Positions 20,816 to 34,239 of a stretch of 62,761 nt of DNA are shown in pieces. Each line of letters starts with the position of its first letter. Within the stretch, counting starts at the first letter, position 1. Location of the stretch: positions 1-62,761 of the forward strand of contig JWZX01002709.1 in the NCBI GenBank assembly GCA_001275005.1, in the 5' to 3' direction. The notes under the pieces are model-generated. The model worked only from the letters and a program-made list of their open reading frames with translations. It was not told where the DNA came from and did no database searches. The stretch comes from Chrysochromulina tobinii (lineage: Eukaryota). Both the position numbers and the translations under genes were made by a program.

Positions 20816-23263
20816 TCACCACGTCACTCTCGATCTCGATCTCGATCTCAGCTCGTAATATTGGTAGTGCGAAAGCACAGCGAGGAGCAGGGCCAGCAGA
20901 GATAGCACAGTAAGGAAGCCCCTGAAGCCCCCCTGGCGGCCGTTCCTCATCGCATGCTGGGGGGCGGGGGCGGCCACGGTCGGGAGATCAAGATGAGATC
21001 GAGATCGCGATGAGGAGGAGCAATCAGTGGTCATCAGAGGTCACCAGAGGCAATCACACCTTGAGGGCGGTGGCGTCGACGATCGGCACCAGCTTGCGAC
21101 GGCGTGCATCGAAGGCCGTGCCAGCGCGCATCGAACGGCTCGCGAGCGCGTTGACGAATTCGGCTTGCTCATACTGCGAGTCGGGAAGGGCTCGTGCAAT
21201 CAGAGGTCATCAGAGGCAATTGACGAATTCGGCTTGCTCATACTGCGAGTCGGGAAGGGCTCGTGCAATCAGAGGTAATCAGAGGCAATTGACGAATTCG
21301 GCTTGCTCATACTGCGAGTCGGGAAGGGCTCGTGCAATCAGAGGTCATCAGAGGCAATCAAGAGTAGGACTAGTGCTATCAGAGGTCGTCATGGGCGATC
21401 AGAGCCAATCAGGGTCAGTGAGAGGCAATCAAAGGACTCTCATATGCAATCATGTGGCAACCAGAGGCAACCAGAGGCAATCGGATGTGCACTCAGATGC
21501 AATTGAGAGGGAATCATATGAAATCAGATGCAATCAAGAGGCCATCAGAGGCCATCAGAGGCCATCAGAGCAACTCACCTGCCAATCAGGCAGCGCCTCG
21601 TCCCCGCCGTCGAGCAGCAGCCCCGCGAGCACCTGTGGGAAGAGGAGAGGGCGCCATGGTGAGCACTTGCATGCAAGGCGAGGTCCAGAAGAGGTTCAGC
21701 AGCCCCGCGAGCACCGCGGCTTCCCCGGGGCGTAGCTTGCGCTCGTCGAGCAGGTCGAGGAGCCCGATGGTGGTCCCAGACTCCCTTAGTAGGTGGAGCG
21801 CGGGCGAGTAAGCGAGCCAACCGTTACCTGCCATCAAGGGTCATCAAGGGTCATCAAGGGTCATCAAGGGTCATCCAGGGTCATCAGTGGGTGATACCTT
21901 TGCTGTGCACCTCAGTGGCAATCAAGGGTCATCAGTGGCAATCATGGGTCCTCAGTGGGCATTACCTTTGTTGTGCACTTCAGCTGCTTCGCCGCCGAGG
22001 TCGTCCAGCACGTCGAGGGGAAGCTCGACCTCGGCGTCCGCCTCATTCCAAAACGAGACCGCCGCCTCCTCATCCGTGCACAGGCGCACCTGATGAGGGA
22101 CGAATCATAGGCAATCAGCGGTGATCAGTGCTCATCAGGCGCACCCGAAACACGCGGCAGAGGGCCATCAGCACCCATCGCCCTCTGTCTCCAATCATTC
22201 GCGAAATCAGAGCCCTCCAATCACGTGCGTTGATTGGGTCCTTGATTGGGCCCATCCCGTTAATTGCCTCCAATCACGCGCGCAATCGCCTACCCAAAGC
22301 GCAATCAAGCCGCAATCCAGCCGCAATCAAGCCGGCCTGGTTCCATTCCTTCCCAAGACGTACCACAAGCCGCAGAGCGAACTGCTGCGTCAGTCGGCGG
22401 AGGGCGTTGAGAGCTGCAGCTGCGGCTTGAGGTGTCGGCACGCCCGAATTGGGCGGCGTGGGCGCGCCGTCCGTCATGATGATCAGAAAGCTCACATGCG
22501 CCGAGTGGGTACTAGATCGCGCCGTCGCGAGCGCCTCGAAGCGGGGCCACATTGAGCGAAGGCGCTCGGCGAGGGGCGTGACGCCCTGCGGCGTGACGCG
22601 ACGCAGGAAGATGCGGAGCCGGTCGGCGTCGGCGTCGGTGGCCGTGCACAGAAAGTCCTCGCCCTCGACCGCCGTCTCGCCGCCGCCGCCGCGTGGCGGG
22701 TTGAGGAGATGGAACTCGCACGGCACGCCAGTCGCGATGCCCAGTCGGCATGCGTCGTGGGCGCTGGCACAGATCTCCTCCCAGCGGGTAGCGCTCACGA
22801 GGTGCTCGCCCTTGAGGACGTGGCCATCGACCGAGTTTGTCGAGCCCGAGTTGTCCAGAAGAAAGATCCGGGCGGCCACCTTGTCCGCCTCGGCCATTGC
22901 GATCCGAGCGAGCCCCGGAGGCACGCCCAGTTGGGCTAGGAGAGCGGCCGACGGGTCGCGCCGGCGCCGCTCGACGTGCGGATGCACGACGGCGGGAGCC
23001 TGTGGCTGGGCCGGAGGTGGCGAAAGGGCACGGCGACGCGGCGACGCAGCGGCGCTCGACTCACGCAGGCTCCAGTTGGGCACCTGGCTGCCTGGAGTGA
23101 ACGGGCTGCGGCATAGCGGGCACTTGGCCTCGCGCACACCGTTCACACGCGCCGTAGGGAGGGCGTCGATGCACGCCCCACAGAACGAGTGGCCGCACGC
23201 GGGCAGCAGCGATGCGTCAGTGTAGCGCTCCAAGCAGATCGGGCATGCCATCGGGTCGCTCAT
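20816..23263 (-). CDS. RING finger + von Willebrand A domain protein with C-terminal TM, multi-exon
   Basis: C3HC4 [12 protein letters not shown]...CGHSFCGAC...CPLCR; v[34 protein letters not shown]; last exon [15 protein letters not shown]. Confidence 0.85.
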
Positions 23264-23667
23264 CCGTTCCAGTGTGTTGCTCAGATTCCGAGCGCAGACC
23301 ACGAGCGAGCACGCGAAACATGACGGCGAATGCTCAATTTCGCGTTCGTGCAGGGCTGCCTATACCGTCGGCGCAAACTCCATAATGGGTTTTGCCGGGA
23401 TGCATACGGTAGTCAAGTCAAGTCAAGTCTATACATAAACAACAGACAACCATACAATGTACGGAAGCCTATCGAATGTGCTCCGGAAGCCAGCAGGGGA
23501 GGACGGGAGTCGATGGAGATGGCGGAGGGGAATCCATCTAGAGGTGACACGTCATAAATGCTGACATACGTGCCCTCGGAGAACAAGTAGGTTGACTTGA
23601 CTTGACTTGACTTGACATAACGTAATGGAACATTTCATCTCCGAGGCCTAGTTCAGGGAGGACCGAC

Positions 23668-24708
23668 ATGGAGACGCCCTTCATTTCCGCCGGGCCATCG
23701 CGGCGCAAATGCCTCATCTGTGGCAGTCGCGCGCTGCGCGCCCTCTGGGTCGCCTTTTGCTGCAACACCGTCTTCACCATGTCGCAAGCCTTTGGCTCCA
23801 TCATCTCGAATAGCAAGGCCTTGGGCGCCGACACGGGCACCATGTTTGTCGATTCCGGGACGTACCTCATCAACATCGCGGCCGAGTACTACCGCTCCAA
23901 GGGCGAGAGCTCGGAGCGCACTGCCGCTCTCGTCGACATCTCCGCGTCGGCCATCTCCGTGGTCGCGCTGGCCCTCGTGACCGCCTTCTTTCTTCACGAT
24001 TCCATCACCGCTCTGCAAGAGGAGGACGCCGGCAGTGGGGACGCCGGCAGTGGGGACGCCGATGATGATGTGAACGGTATGGTAGTGACTCTCTTCACCA
24101 CCGCCAACCTCATCATCGACATCACCATGATCGGCTCCATCCTGCTTCGGAACCGCGGCGGCTGGTGGGGCTTGCTCACGTGCAAGTGGCACGTGCGCGA
24201 AGCGGAGGTGACTTCATTTCAGAGCGTCGTGCCAGCCGGCGGACCACCGACTCGCGCGGGCCAGACGGTTCAAACAAATGCGCCGCAGGACGGTACCGTC
24301 GAGGAGAAGATTACCAAAACAGGCGACCTGAACGTAGTCTCGGCGCTCGCGCATGTATGTACCTCTCCGTAGCACCTCTTGATCGCACCTCTTGATTGCA
24401 CCTCTTGACTGCACCTCTGATTGCATGTCTGATTGCCCTTCCGACTGCACCTCTGATGGCCACAGGTACTTGCGGATACACTGCGCACGGTGACGGAGAT
24501 GTCGATGGGCATCCTGGTGTGGGCCGATCCGAAAGTTGACAGCGCCAAAGCGGACAACATCGCGGCCATCCTCGTGTGCACGACCATCCTGGCCATCGCC
24601 ACGTACATCGCGTACGAGACCATCGTACTCATCCGTGAGGAGATTGAGATCAGGAGCAAGCCAGTGCCGGTGCTGACCACGACCTCGATCGTGCTCAGCA
24701 CCCGCTAG
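23668..24708 (+). CDS. Cation diffusion facilitator (cation efflux)-like transporter, exons 23668-24354 and 24466-24708
   Basis: NSKALGADTGTMFVDSGTYLIN and spliced NVVSALAH/VLADTLR match CDF TM2 and TM5 motifs; GT-AG intron keeps frame. Confidence 0.8.
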
Positions 24709-24761
24709 GCGGTTAGTTCGTCGTCGATGCCGGCTGACACCGTGGCGGGACCCTGGGTCGG

Positions 24762-24856
24762 CGCGTCTTCCACAGCGCGTCTTCCACAGCGCGTCTTCCA
24801 CAGCGCGTCTTCCACAGTGCGTCTTCCACAGTGTGTCTTCCACGGTGTGTCTTCCA
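24762..24856. repeat. 14-bp tandem repeat (CGCGTCTTCCACAG, ~6-7 copies) in a 3' flank
   Basis: Directly visible. Confidence 0.9.
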
Positions 24857-25568
24857 GGTGATCAGTGTGTCTACCGAAGACACCCGCCCCGCCGCCGTCG
24901 GACACGACAGTTGCGAGGCGCGAGCTCCACCTCTCTAGTCCGGCCCGCTCGTGCGCATCTTATAGAAGTGTGTACACCGCGTGACCACGACGGCGGCAAA
25001 ACGTACCTCGCTCCTAAACGTAAGGCCACTGTAAACGTAACACATGATGACATTCTCCCACGCGCTCGGAGCGCCACCGTAGCCGAAGGTCCGAACGGAC
25101 TAAAACCCGGGTCGGACCGTGTACACTAGAGGATGCGGTCCGCTACACGCACGAGCGTGCGGCTTTGTGCGGCTCCGCCACGGGCGGCTCCGGCCGCTCC
25201 GCGCCATGCTCCGCTTACTGAGCGCGACGAGACCCTCCACCCATCGGGCGGATAAGCGCATTAACGTATGTAGCGTACTCGGTACTGAGGGCCGCAGTGG
25301 CGGGTCAGGGCGGCGGAGAGTTCCCCCCGCGGGGGGCCCCCGGCCGCTACGTAAAAAACTAAAATTCCCGCTCCCGGCGTGCGAACATCCCATGGAACAT
25401 CCGTCGAGGAACATCTCCGCGGATTCTCGGTGCGAAACAGGACTTGCCTCTACTTGCCTACTTGCGCTAGAGGACCAAGCGCTACCGACTGCTCAAAGTG
25501 GCCCCACCAGGTGTACGACCTAGACCGCTGGACTTGACTTGACTTGACTTGACTTGACTAGGACTTGA

Positions 25569-28500
25569 CTACGGCCTGGCCCCACCATTACGACCACTCC
25601 GCGCTGCGGCGGAGGCGCGCCGACTCAGGGGACGGCTCGCGCGCACCGACGACTGACGATGAAGCGCCGCGGCGGGCGCGGGGCTGCCGTTGGCATGGGC
25701 GTGGGCGTCGTCTCGGGCACCCGTTGGATGCCTCGCGGGGCTCCCGCCGGCGGTGGCGCGCTCATCACGGCGCTCGAGGAGCCCATCACGGCGCTCTGCC
25801 TCGGCGCGTCGGTAGGAGGCGGCGATGAAGGTCAACGGCGGTGCACCCGTCACGGCGCCCACCTCACGCATCCGGATCTGCTCATCACGGCGCCCCTGCT
25901 GCTGTTGCATCTGAAAGGCGGCCGTGGTCCCAGGGGGCAGCTGGAGCACGCGGTCCACGTAATTGGAAGGGGGCGGCGAAGCAGCCCTTCCATTTTGGGC
26001 CGAGGCGTCGTACTGGGCTGGTGCGTCGTACTGGGCATTTGGTGACCGAGGAGAAGCGCCGCCAGCCGGTAGGAGCATTCGTGGGGTCACAGAGACTACA
26101 AACGTATGCGTCTGCGGCTGATGCGGATCGGGCGCGGACACGTACCTGTGGGGTTCGGGCGCCGTGGTGAGCACTTGCATGCAGGGCGGCGGCTGAGGCG
26201 GATCGGGCGCGGACACGTACGTGTGCATCTGGGGCGGCGGCAGGTAGCCACCGAGGGGTGCCGAGTACGTTTTGACGAGCGAGGGTGGATCTCGTGCCCC
26301 GACGCACCTGATGAGTGACGCAATCAGAGAGGCCATCAGAGAGGCCATCAGAGAGGCCATCAGATGCCATCACGAACACTCAGACGCACCCGAGGAGGCC
26401 GCTGATGATGCCGACACCGAAACCACCGCCGCCTCGCGTGGCGCTCTCAATCGCCGGTGGGTGAAGAAACGCCCACCCTACAGATTGCAGCTCTTTCTCG
26501 CGCTGAAAGAGCGCCGTCTTGGTCGCTGCGAGCTCTTCCGCCATCGCACTCAACCGCTCGCGTGACTCATCGAGGGCTTCTCGCACCTGATGAGGGACGC
26601 CATCAGTCGCAATCAGGCTCACTCAGGGCTTCTCGCACCTGATGAGGGACGCCATCAGTCGCAATCAGGCTCACTCAGGGCTTCTCGCACCTGATGAGGG
26701 ACGCCATCAGAGGCAATCAGAGCTCTTCCGCCATGGCATTCGCATTCAACTCAACCGCTCGCGCGCGCGCGCACCTGATGAGAGACGCCATCAGAATCAC
26801 CATCAGAGTGGCAGTCATAGGCAATCAGAGGCAATCAGAGACCATCAGAGAGGCAATCAGTGAGGCAATCAGAGACCATCAGAGAGGCAATCAGTGAGGC
26901 AATCAGAGACCATCAGAGAGGCAATCAGTGAGGCAATCAGAGACCATCAGAGAGGCAATCAGTGCGTACCCATCGGTTCTCCTCATCAGTGAGGCAATCA
27001 GAGACCATCAGAGAGGCAATCAGGGCATACCCATCGGTTCTCCTCGCCCACCTCGTGCGCCTCAGCGCGCGTCAGACGTAACTCCACCTGCGCGCATCCA
27101 AGCACGCATCCAATGCCCGGAAGTCCTCAGCCTTCTTCTTGAGCTCCCAGGCAATCAGAGGCAATCAGAGGCAATCAGAGGCAATTCGAGGCAATCAGAG
27201 GCAATCAGAGGCAATCAGAGGCAATCAGAGGCAATTCGAGGCAATCAGAGGCAATCAGAGGCAATCACCTGAATTGCCGCAAAGTCCTCAGTCTTCTTCC
27301 GAAGCTCCGCCGAGTCGAGCAGGTGCTGCAGCATCGCAGCCTCCTCCAACGGTCGCGCCGAGATGGCGGCGTCAATCATCTCGACGCCGCCGTGGGCGTG
27401 GTTCCAGTGCGTCGGGAGCGGCAGCAGGGGCGAGCGCGGCTGTGGAAGCAGCTCGGGGCTTCGCGCCATCGCGCGGCCTGTGAAGAGCGGACCATTTCGG
27501 TGTGAAGACGCCCCGAGCTGCTCGGGCGAGTGTGAATGCGCCCCGGCGTTGTGCGGTGTGAACGGCGAGTCCGGGGGCCGTGCGGGCGAGCTGCCGCCGG
27601 GCGAGCTGCCGCCGGGCGGCGCGGGTGTGAACAAGGAGCCTCCCGGTGTGAACAAGGAGCCTCCCGGTGTGAACAAGGAGCCTCCCGGTGTGAACAAGGA
27701 GCCGCCGGCTCGACGCCACGCCGTCCGGACCTGATGAGGGAGGTCATCAGAGTGGCCATCAGAGGTCATCAGAGGTCATCAGAGGTCATCAGAGGTCATC
27801 AGAGGTCATCAGAGGTCATCAGAGTGACCATTAGAGGTCATCAGAGGTCATCAGAGGTCATCAGAGGTCATCAGAGGCCAGTACCACCATCCCAGCGCGT
27901 CATCAGAGGCCATCAGAGGCCATCAGAGTGGCCATCAGAGGTCATCAGAGGCCATTACCACCATCCCAGCGCGTCGTAGCCTATGAAGCTCATGCAGCCG
28001 GGTGCCTGTGGCGTCGAGTAGCTCCATCTCAGCATGCTGCAAGTGAGACTGAGCCTCGAGACGAAACGCAAAGCCGTTGGAGCCGTTGGAGCTGCCCGCC
28101 GTCGCGCCCGAGACGGCACCTCCTCCGCCGCAGCCCGGGCTGTGGGAACTCGGTGCGCCCGTGACGGCGCCCCCCTGATGGCCTCCCTGAGTGCCTCTGA
28201 GTGCGCCCGAGACGGCGCCCCCAAGCTCGATGAGAGGCGAGTGGCTGTAGCTGTGGCCACGGTACATGGGTAGGGGATCAGAGCCAATCAGAGCCAATCA
28301 GAGCCAATCAGAGCCAATCAGAGCCAATCAGAGCCAATCAGTGGCAATCAGAGAGTGGCTGTACCTGTGGCCACGGTACATGGGTAGGGGATCCGTGCTC
28401 GTGTCTTTGCCGCGCTGCTGCTGCTGCTGCTGCTGCTGCGGCTGCGGCTGCTGCGGCTGCGAGCTGTCGTGCGCGGGTTTCCATAGGCAGACGAGGAAGA

Positions 28501-31500
28501 GGCGCTCGGAGCCGATCACGAGTCGATCTCCGTGATGAAGTGTGAACGAGCTGCCTGCATGCAGCAGGTCACCGTTGAGCATGCAGAGCGTCCCGTCATG
28601 TAACGCCTCGAGCTGCACCGCTCCTTGGGAGGAGACGGCCTGATGACGGAGGCAATTAGGGGGGCGATTGGAGAGGCAATCAGGGGAGGAGACGGCCTGA
28701 TGACGGAGGCAATTAGGGAGGCGATTAGAGAGGCAATCAGGAGGGACAATCAGGGAGGCGAGTAGGGAGGTGATGAAGCAGGCAATCAGGGAGGCCACGC
28801 ACAAGCACGGCGTGAGGGTCCGCGATGCCCTGCCCGCACAACCAAAAGCTCTCGTCGTTCGCCGGGTCGAAGGTGGCGGCGGCATCAAAGGCTGCTCTCG
28901 AGTTCACAGCTCTCGAGTTCACAAGCGCCTCGTCGCTCAAGGTACCGGTACCGGCCGGGCTACTCATGCAGCCTCCAAAGCAATCCCCCCCACCGCCGCC
29001 GCCTCCCCCTACGCCACCTCCCCCTGCACCGCCTCCCAGCCTCGCAGCGCTCAAGTCGGCGCCTCGTAACCACACGCGATGGCCGGGCAGCGGCAGCGGA
29101 AGGCGAATGGACGGCCCACCTGATGAGGGAGGCAATCAGAGCTCCTCAGACGCAATCAACCGTAGCACCAAAAGAGGAGCGCACCTGCAATCAGAGGCAA
29201 TCGGAGGCAATTAAGAGGTCATCAGAGGTCATCAGTGGCGAATGCAAAGCCCACCCGTCGCCGCGGCCGGTAGGTCGAGCAGATGGGCGTGGTCATCATG
29301 CGCATGCATGATGGACGAGGGCGGCTGCCGTTTCATGTGCACGTCGATCGCGGGACGCCCAAAGGCCGCATCGAGCGCCTCGGTCGGCAGCCCCTGCCAG
29401 CGTACCCGCAACGAAGCACGCTGCGCGAACGCGGCCGTCTGACGAAACTTGAGCTCGGGAGGGCGGCGCTCGTACGCCCAGAGTGCGGCGAGTGCTTTTA
29501 ATTCCTCACGGACGGCGAGGAGCGACACGGCATCGACTTGCACGCGCTCGTCTGCCGTGTCGCGTCGTGCGTCGTCCTGGGCGCCGGGTCGCTCGTCCGC
29601 CGCGTCGTGCCGAGCAGACGAGTCCGCGCCCGTCACTTGGGCGCCGCCCTGGGCGCCTCCCCCCCTAGGCGCCGCCTTGGGCGCCGCCTTGGCGGTGGGC
29701 GCCGTCATGGGCACGTACACGCCTCCCTTATTAGGAGCGTCCGACGCGGCCACGTGGCTGTTCAGCTGCGTGTGCAGGGCGTCGACGCGCCGGCTGGCAC
29801 GTGCGACGGCGGACCAAGCAGCCGGCCGCTGCGGGCGCGGCGCGAGTCGAGGCGCCTTGATTAGAGAGGCAATCAGAGGAGGCCATCAAGAGGAGGCAAT
29901 CAAAGGAGGCAATCAGAGGAGGCCATCAAGAGGAGGCCATCAGAGGAGGCAATCAGAGGAGGCCATCAAGAGGAGGCAATCAAAGGAGGCCATCAAGAGG
30001 CAATTGACGACACTCACCTGCGGGCGCGGCGCGAGTGGAAGCCCCTTGAGCGCGGTGAGGAATCGCAAAGCTGAAACCGCCTCTGAGGCGAGCGCCGTGG
30101 CGGGCGAGAGCGCGGCGAGCGCGACGAGCGCTGTGTTGGGCGCATCCACAGAGGATCCATCAGAGCACAATCAGAGCGCAATCAGAGCACAATCAGAGGT
30201 CATCGGTGGCCATCAGCGGCCATCAGAGGCCATCAGTGGCCATCAGTGGCCATCAGTGGCCATCAGTGGCCATCAGTGGCCATCAGTGGCCATCGATGGC
30301 CATCAGTGGCCATCGGTGGCCATCGGTGGCCATCTCACCTGCACGTCCCTCGAGCGTCTCGCGGAGCAGCTGGAGGAGCGCCGTGTTGGGCGCGCCCCAC
30401 GCGACGCGATGGGCTTCACGCCTCGCGAGGAGCGGCACCGCGCCCGCGACGGCGCTCAGGCTGGAGCCGAGAGCGAGGCCTTCCCTCAGGGAGGGGATCG
30501 AGAGGGACCCGTGGGCATCGACCCTCTCGCCGCCTCCAAGGCAGCCGAAGCAGAGGCGGCACTGCCATTCAAAGTCGCCCGGGCTCTCCTCCTCCTCCTC
30601 CTCGTCGTCGTCGTCCTCGTCCTCGTCCTCGTCGTCCTCGTCGTCGTCCTCGTCGCCGCCGCTGTGTTGGCCGTAGATGGTGCCATTGACCTTGTACGCG
30701 ATCACGCCACCGCTGCCGCCGCCGCCGCCGACGCCTCCACCGCCCCCACCGCCTTCATCGCCATCATCGCCGCCACCTCTCTCGCCGTCTCTGATTGCCT
30801 CTGATTGCCTCTTCGTCAGCCGAACATACAGGAGTGAGTGGGCGCGTGCGGCGCGCGGGTGCAGCGCCGTCGGCCGGACGCTTCGCTGCGCCTCGCCGAG
30901 CTGACGCAGCGCCTCCGCCTGCTCCCAACTGCTCACCGCATGCCAGCAGTCGGACGCAGCTGTGGAGGAGCTCGACGCACCCATTGAGGCACCTTCACCT
31001 TTGGCGAGGTACCCGGCTGCCGCGTCGGCCGCGTTGGCGTCGGCGGACGACCACCACGCGGTGCTGCCGTGCGGTCCGGTGCTGATCGTCAGCGGCACGC
31101 GCGCGTGCTCGTGGTCACGTGGCACGAGCACGTCGAACGCGTGGCCCATGTACACCTCCAGCATGCACAGCTCCACGCTCAGCGACTCGTCCTCGGCCGC
31201 CGCTGCAAAGAGTGCACGTAGCGCGCGCGGCGCGAGCCCCGGCTCGTCGGCGGTGCCATGCAGAGTGTAAGTGCGACCGCCGCCGGTCGGGCCGACCGCG
31301 AGCACCGTGGCGCTGTGGCCACGCAGCGCTGCAGCAACGAGTGGCTCGCCCACGTGCTCCCACACCTCCTCTTGGTCGCCTCGCAGCAAATGGTCGCATT
31401 GGAACTGTCGCCCGGTCGGATGCACGAAGACGCCACCGCTCTCAGTGCAGCTCAACGCCGCCGCGTCCGCTGGCTCGCGCCAGCGGGGCGGTCGCACGCG

Positions 31501-31533
31501 CGCGACCAGCGTTGGATGGTCCAAGGCCTCCAT
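25569..31533 (-). CDS. Divergent kinesin-like protein (motor + FHA-like + coiled-coil tail), multi-exon
   Basis: VARVRPP, QEEVWEHVGEPLV, GHSATVLAVGPTGGGRTYTL, PGLAPRAL, MLEVY, LLRETLEG, LSPA follow kinesin motor order; LNGDLL...LHHGDRLVIG resembles the kinesin-3 FHA. 3' exon joining is less certain. Confidence 0.75.
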
Positions 31534-31744
31534 GAAAAGAGAAGGTCAAAAAGTTTGGGCGCCGCGGTGAGCGCATCGTCAAAACTCAATGTACTTGATG
31601 ATCCCCTACAGACCTGCAGTGCTGCCGCCTTGGGTCAACACCGCGCACACCGCACAGCGGTACATGCCTCTGAACACATGGTACTAGTCGATACTTCTAC
31701 AACACGGCACACACTCATCACTCTCATGAACGGTCGACCTGCAC

Positions 31745-31784
<40 letters not shown>

Positions 31785-31797
31785 GCATGCGGCCCTC

Positions 31798-32501
31798 TCA
31801 GAACTCGGTCGCCTTCCCGACCACCATCTTGATCATCTTCTGTCCGTATGGAATGTACGAAGCCACGTACCAGACGAGGGCGCACCACTCTGCCATGGGG
31901 GGAGGGCGAGGGAGGGTCAGATCGGCACGGGCCATGAGGGAGCGCGCCGCGCGGAGCGCCACAGGGAGAGAGAGGAGGTGCGTGCGTTCGGTCGGCCTGT
32001 CGTTGCGCGCGCACGGAAGAGGCAGCTGATGATCACGACGATGCCCGGTGCGCCCGTGAAAGCGAGCGAGAGCGTGACGATCATCGCGACGATGTAGACG
32101 CCCGTCGCCATTCGTCGATTCGCACGCGTCATGTTCCTCAACTGCCGTTTCGGCCCCATGAGGAAGCTGGTGCTGCACAACGCGACGATGTTGCCAAACG
32201 TGTAGAAGGTGCCGAACGCGGCCAAGTTGCCGGCCCAAAATGAGATGAAGCTCAGGATGCTGATGATGATGCCGACGCAGAAGCAGGCGACGCAGCCCTG
32301 AATGCGCTGTTTCAACGTCAGCCCCGGGAAGCACGTGTCCTTCCCCTGCGCAGTCTCCGCCGTCTCACGCACCGACGCGACGGTGCCGGTTATTCCCGCA
32401 GTTGCGCGCGTCACGTATTGAGGAACCGCCACGCCCGGCTTCTTGGACGTCGATGAGGAGCCGAGATCGAGGGAGGGCAACCACTCTTTCGTCTTCGGCA
32501 T
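31798..32501 (-). CDS. SFT2: SFT2/Got1-family vesicle transport protein, intron 31890-32014
   Basis: LTLKQRIQGCVACF, FYTFGNIVALCSTSFLMGPKRQLRNM, spliced FQWCALVWYVASYIPYG. Confidence 0.88.
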
Positions 32502-33189
32502 CGCGCCCAGCCCCACGGTCCCCACGGCAGGCAATGCCTTCCGCTCCCTGTTCGCCTAGAAGATAGCGGCGCCATGTCGAGCTCTTCCTCTGGTAACATT
32601 TAGGTCCTCTCACCAAATCCTGTCATGCTGTGGGCGACCAGGCACTTTGTTCGGTACATGTATGTCTTCGGTCACCCCCAGATAAAGACTTCATCTAAGC
32701 TGTACACAACTGCTTCTCTACAGCTTGCTCAGAATGTCTCCTCCTGCCGCGCCACCGAAGCCACCGCAGCGCCACGTCCCTTAATCCCTGAGCGCCTTGT
32801 TGCTCTAGGCTGCAGGGCGATCCCACAGACGGGCCGCCACAGACTTCCCTCAGTCCGCCACGACGGAAGTCACGCCGCCGCCGAGCGGACCGAAGTGTGA
32901 AGCGACGCGATGTTTGTACTCGCCCGATGGGCGGCGAGCTCATCGGCATCAGCCTCACCCCCCCCCTCACCCCCTCCCAGGCATCCATGGTCTCAGGCTC
33001 GCCCTCCAGTCTCGTCACCCTCGCAATGATCTCAGCCTCACCCGCTTTTCGAAAGCTGTGGGTTTGGGCTTCATCCACACCACATGCGAGGCCAAAGGAG
33101 GCGAAGCCGCCGTGGGGGCCACGGCTGCATGATTCCCTCCGTCATCAGGCGTGCATCGAGGCAAGGCACCCAGATGCGCCGCGCATGCT

Positions 33190-33953
33190 TCAGACCTCGT
33201 CCTTGGCAGCCTTCATCTTCTTGGGACCTGGCGACGCCGCCTTCAGCATCTTCACCTCCGGCGCCGTCTCCTCTTTGAGCTTCTCGAGCGCGTCCTGGCT
33301 CTCCTTGAACTGCGCCTGCAGGCTCTTGAGCAGCTCATCGTGCGCCGTCTCTGCCGCCTTGAGACGGGTCGAGAGGGCGGCAATCTTGTCGGCACGCGCG
33401 GTGGCGTCCATCGCGATGTACCCGTCGAGCTTGGCCTTCTGCTCCGACGTGCAGTTCTCGATCGTGTCGACGGTGCAGCCTGGGCCGAGCTCGGACGCAA
33501 ACTTCTTGAGCGCAGCGAGGTCGCGGGAGCCCTTGTAGTCCTCGCCTTCGTCGTCGCCCGGCGTGAACGACTTGATTGTCGGAAAGCCTTGCACCCCCTT
33601 CGTGTCACAAAGCGGCTTGCCACCGGCGGTGCAATCCACGTCCGCGATGAGGACGTTGTCAGAGCCTTGGAACTCCGTTGCGAGCGCATCCCAATCTGGC
33701 TTCATCTTCTTGCAGTGTCCGCACCATGGCGCAAAGAACCTGCATGGCAGCAGACGCACAGCACCGTGGAGCAATCAGCATTTGAGTGAGAGGGGGCGCG
33801 CGTGTCTCACTTGTGGGAGCGGGCGCGCGTGTCTCACTTGATGAATGCAGACTTGCCCGAATCGGTCACCTCAGCCTGCCAGTTCTCTGGCGTGAGCTCC
33901 AGGGTGGCGGAGGCCGTGGCGACCGACGCGACGAGGCAGATGCGGGCGAGCAT
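33190..33953 (-). CDS. Protein disulfide isomerase-like thioredoxin protein, intron 33740-33837
   Basis: Signal peptide MLARICLVASVATASA, spliced FIKFFAPWCGHCK, ADVDCT, GVQGFPTIK, C-terminal KDEV (ER-retention-like). Confidence 0.92.
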
Positions 33954-34239
33954 GTTTGCGCGAGTTCTGCGGCTTCGATCGGAAGGTTGCGTCATCAGGA
34001 AATATTCATAGAGGATGACACGTCATGAGAAGTTGAGACAGCGACCTCGCCGGTAAAAGTGTTTTTGAACCGCCCTATGTCACGGTCGGGGTCACCTCAG
34101 ACACCCCACGTTCAAAGGCAAGCCACGGCGGCAGCCCCCAGAGCTCGAGGGCGCCAAAGGGGACGCACGTCTGCAGTCACTGCTCACGTCACTCACTGCT
34201 CCCCCCCACCCCCCATCGCACAAGTCCTCCAGACCCCTT

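Noticed and set aside
32695..33078. 127-aa minus ORF between the SFT2 and PDI genes
   Set aside because: No motif; probably UTR or intergenic.
33700..33740. PDI-like protein as a selenoprotein
   Set aside because: The active site is TGG TGC GGA CAC TGC (WCGHC); no in-frame TGA.
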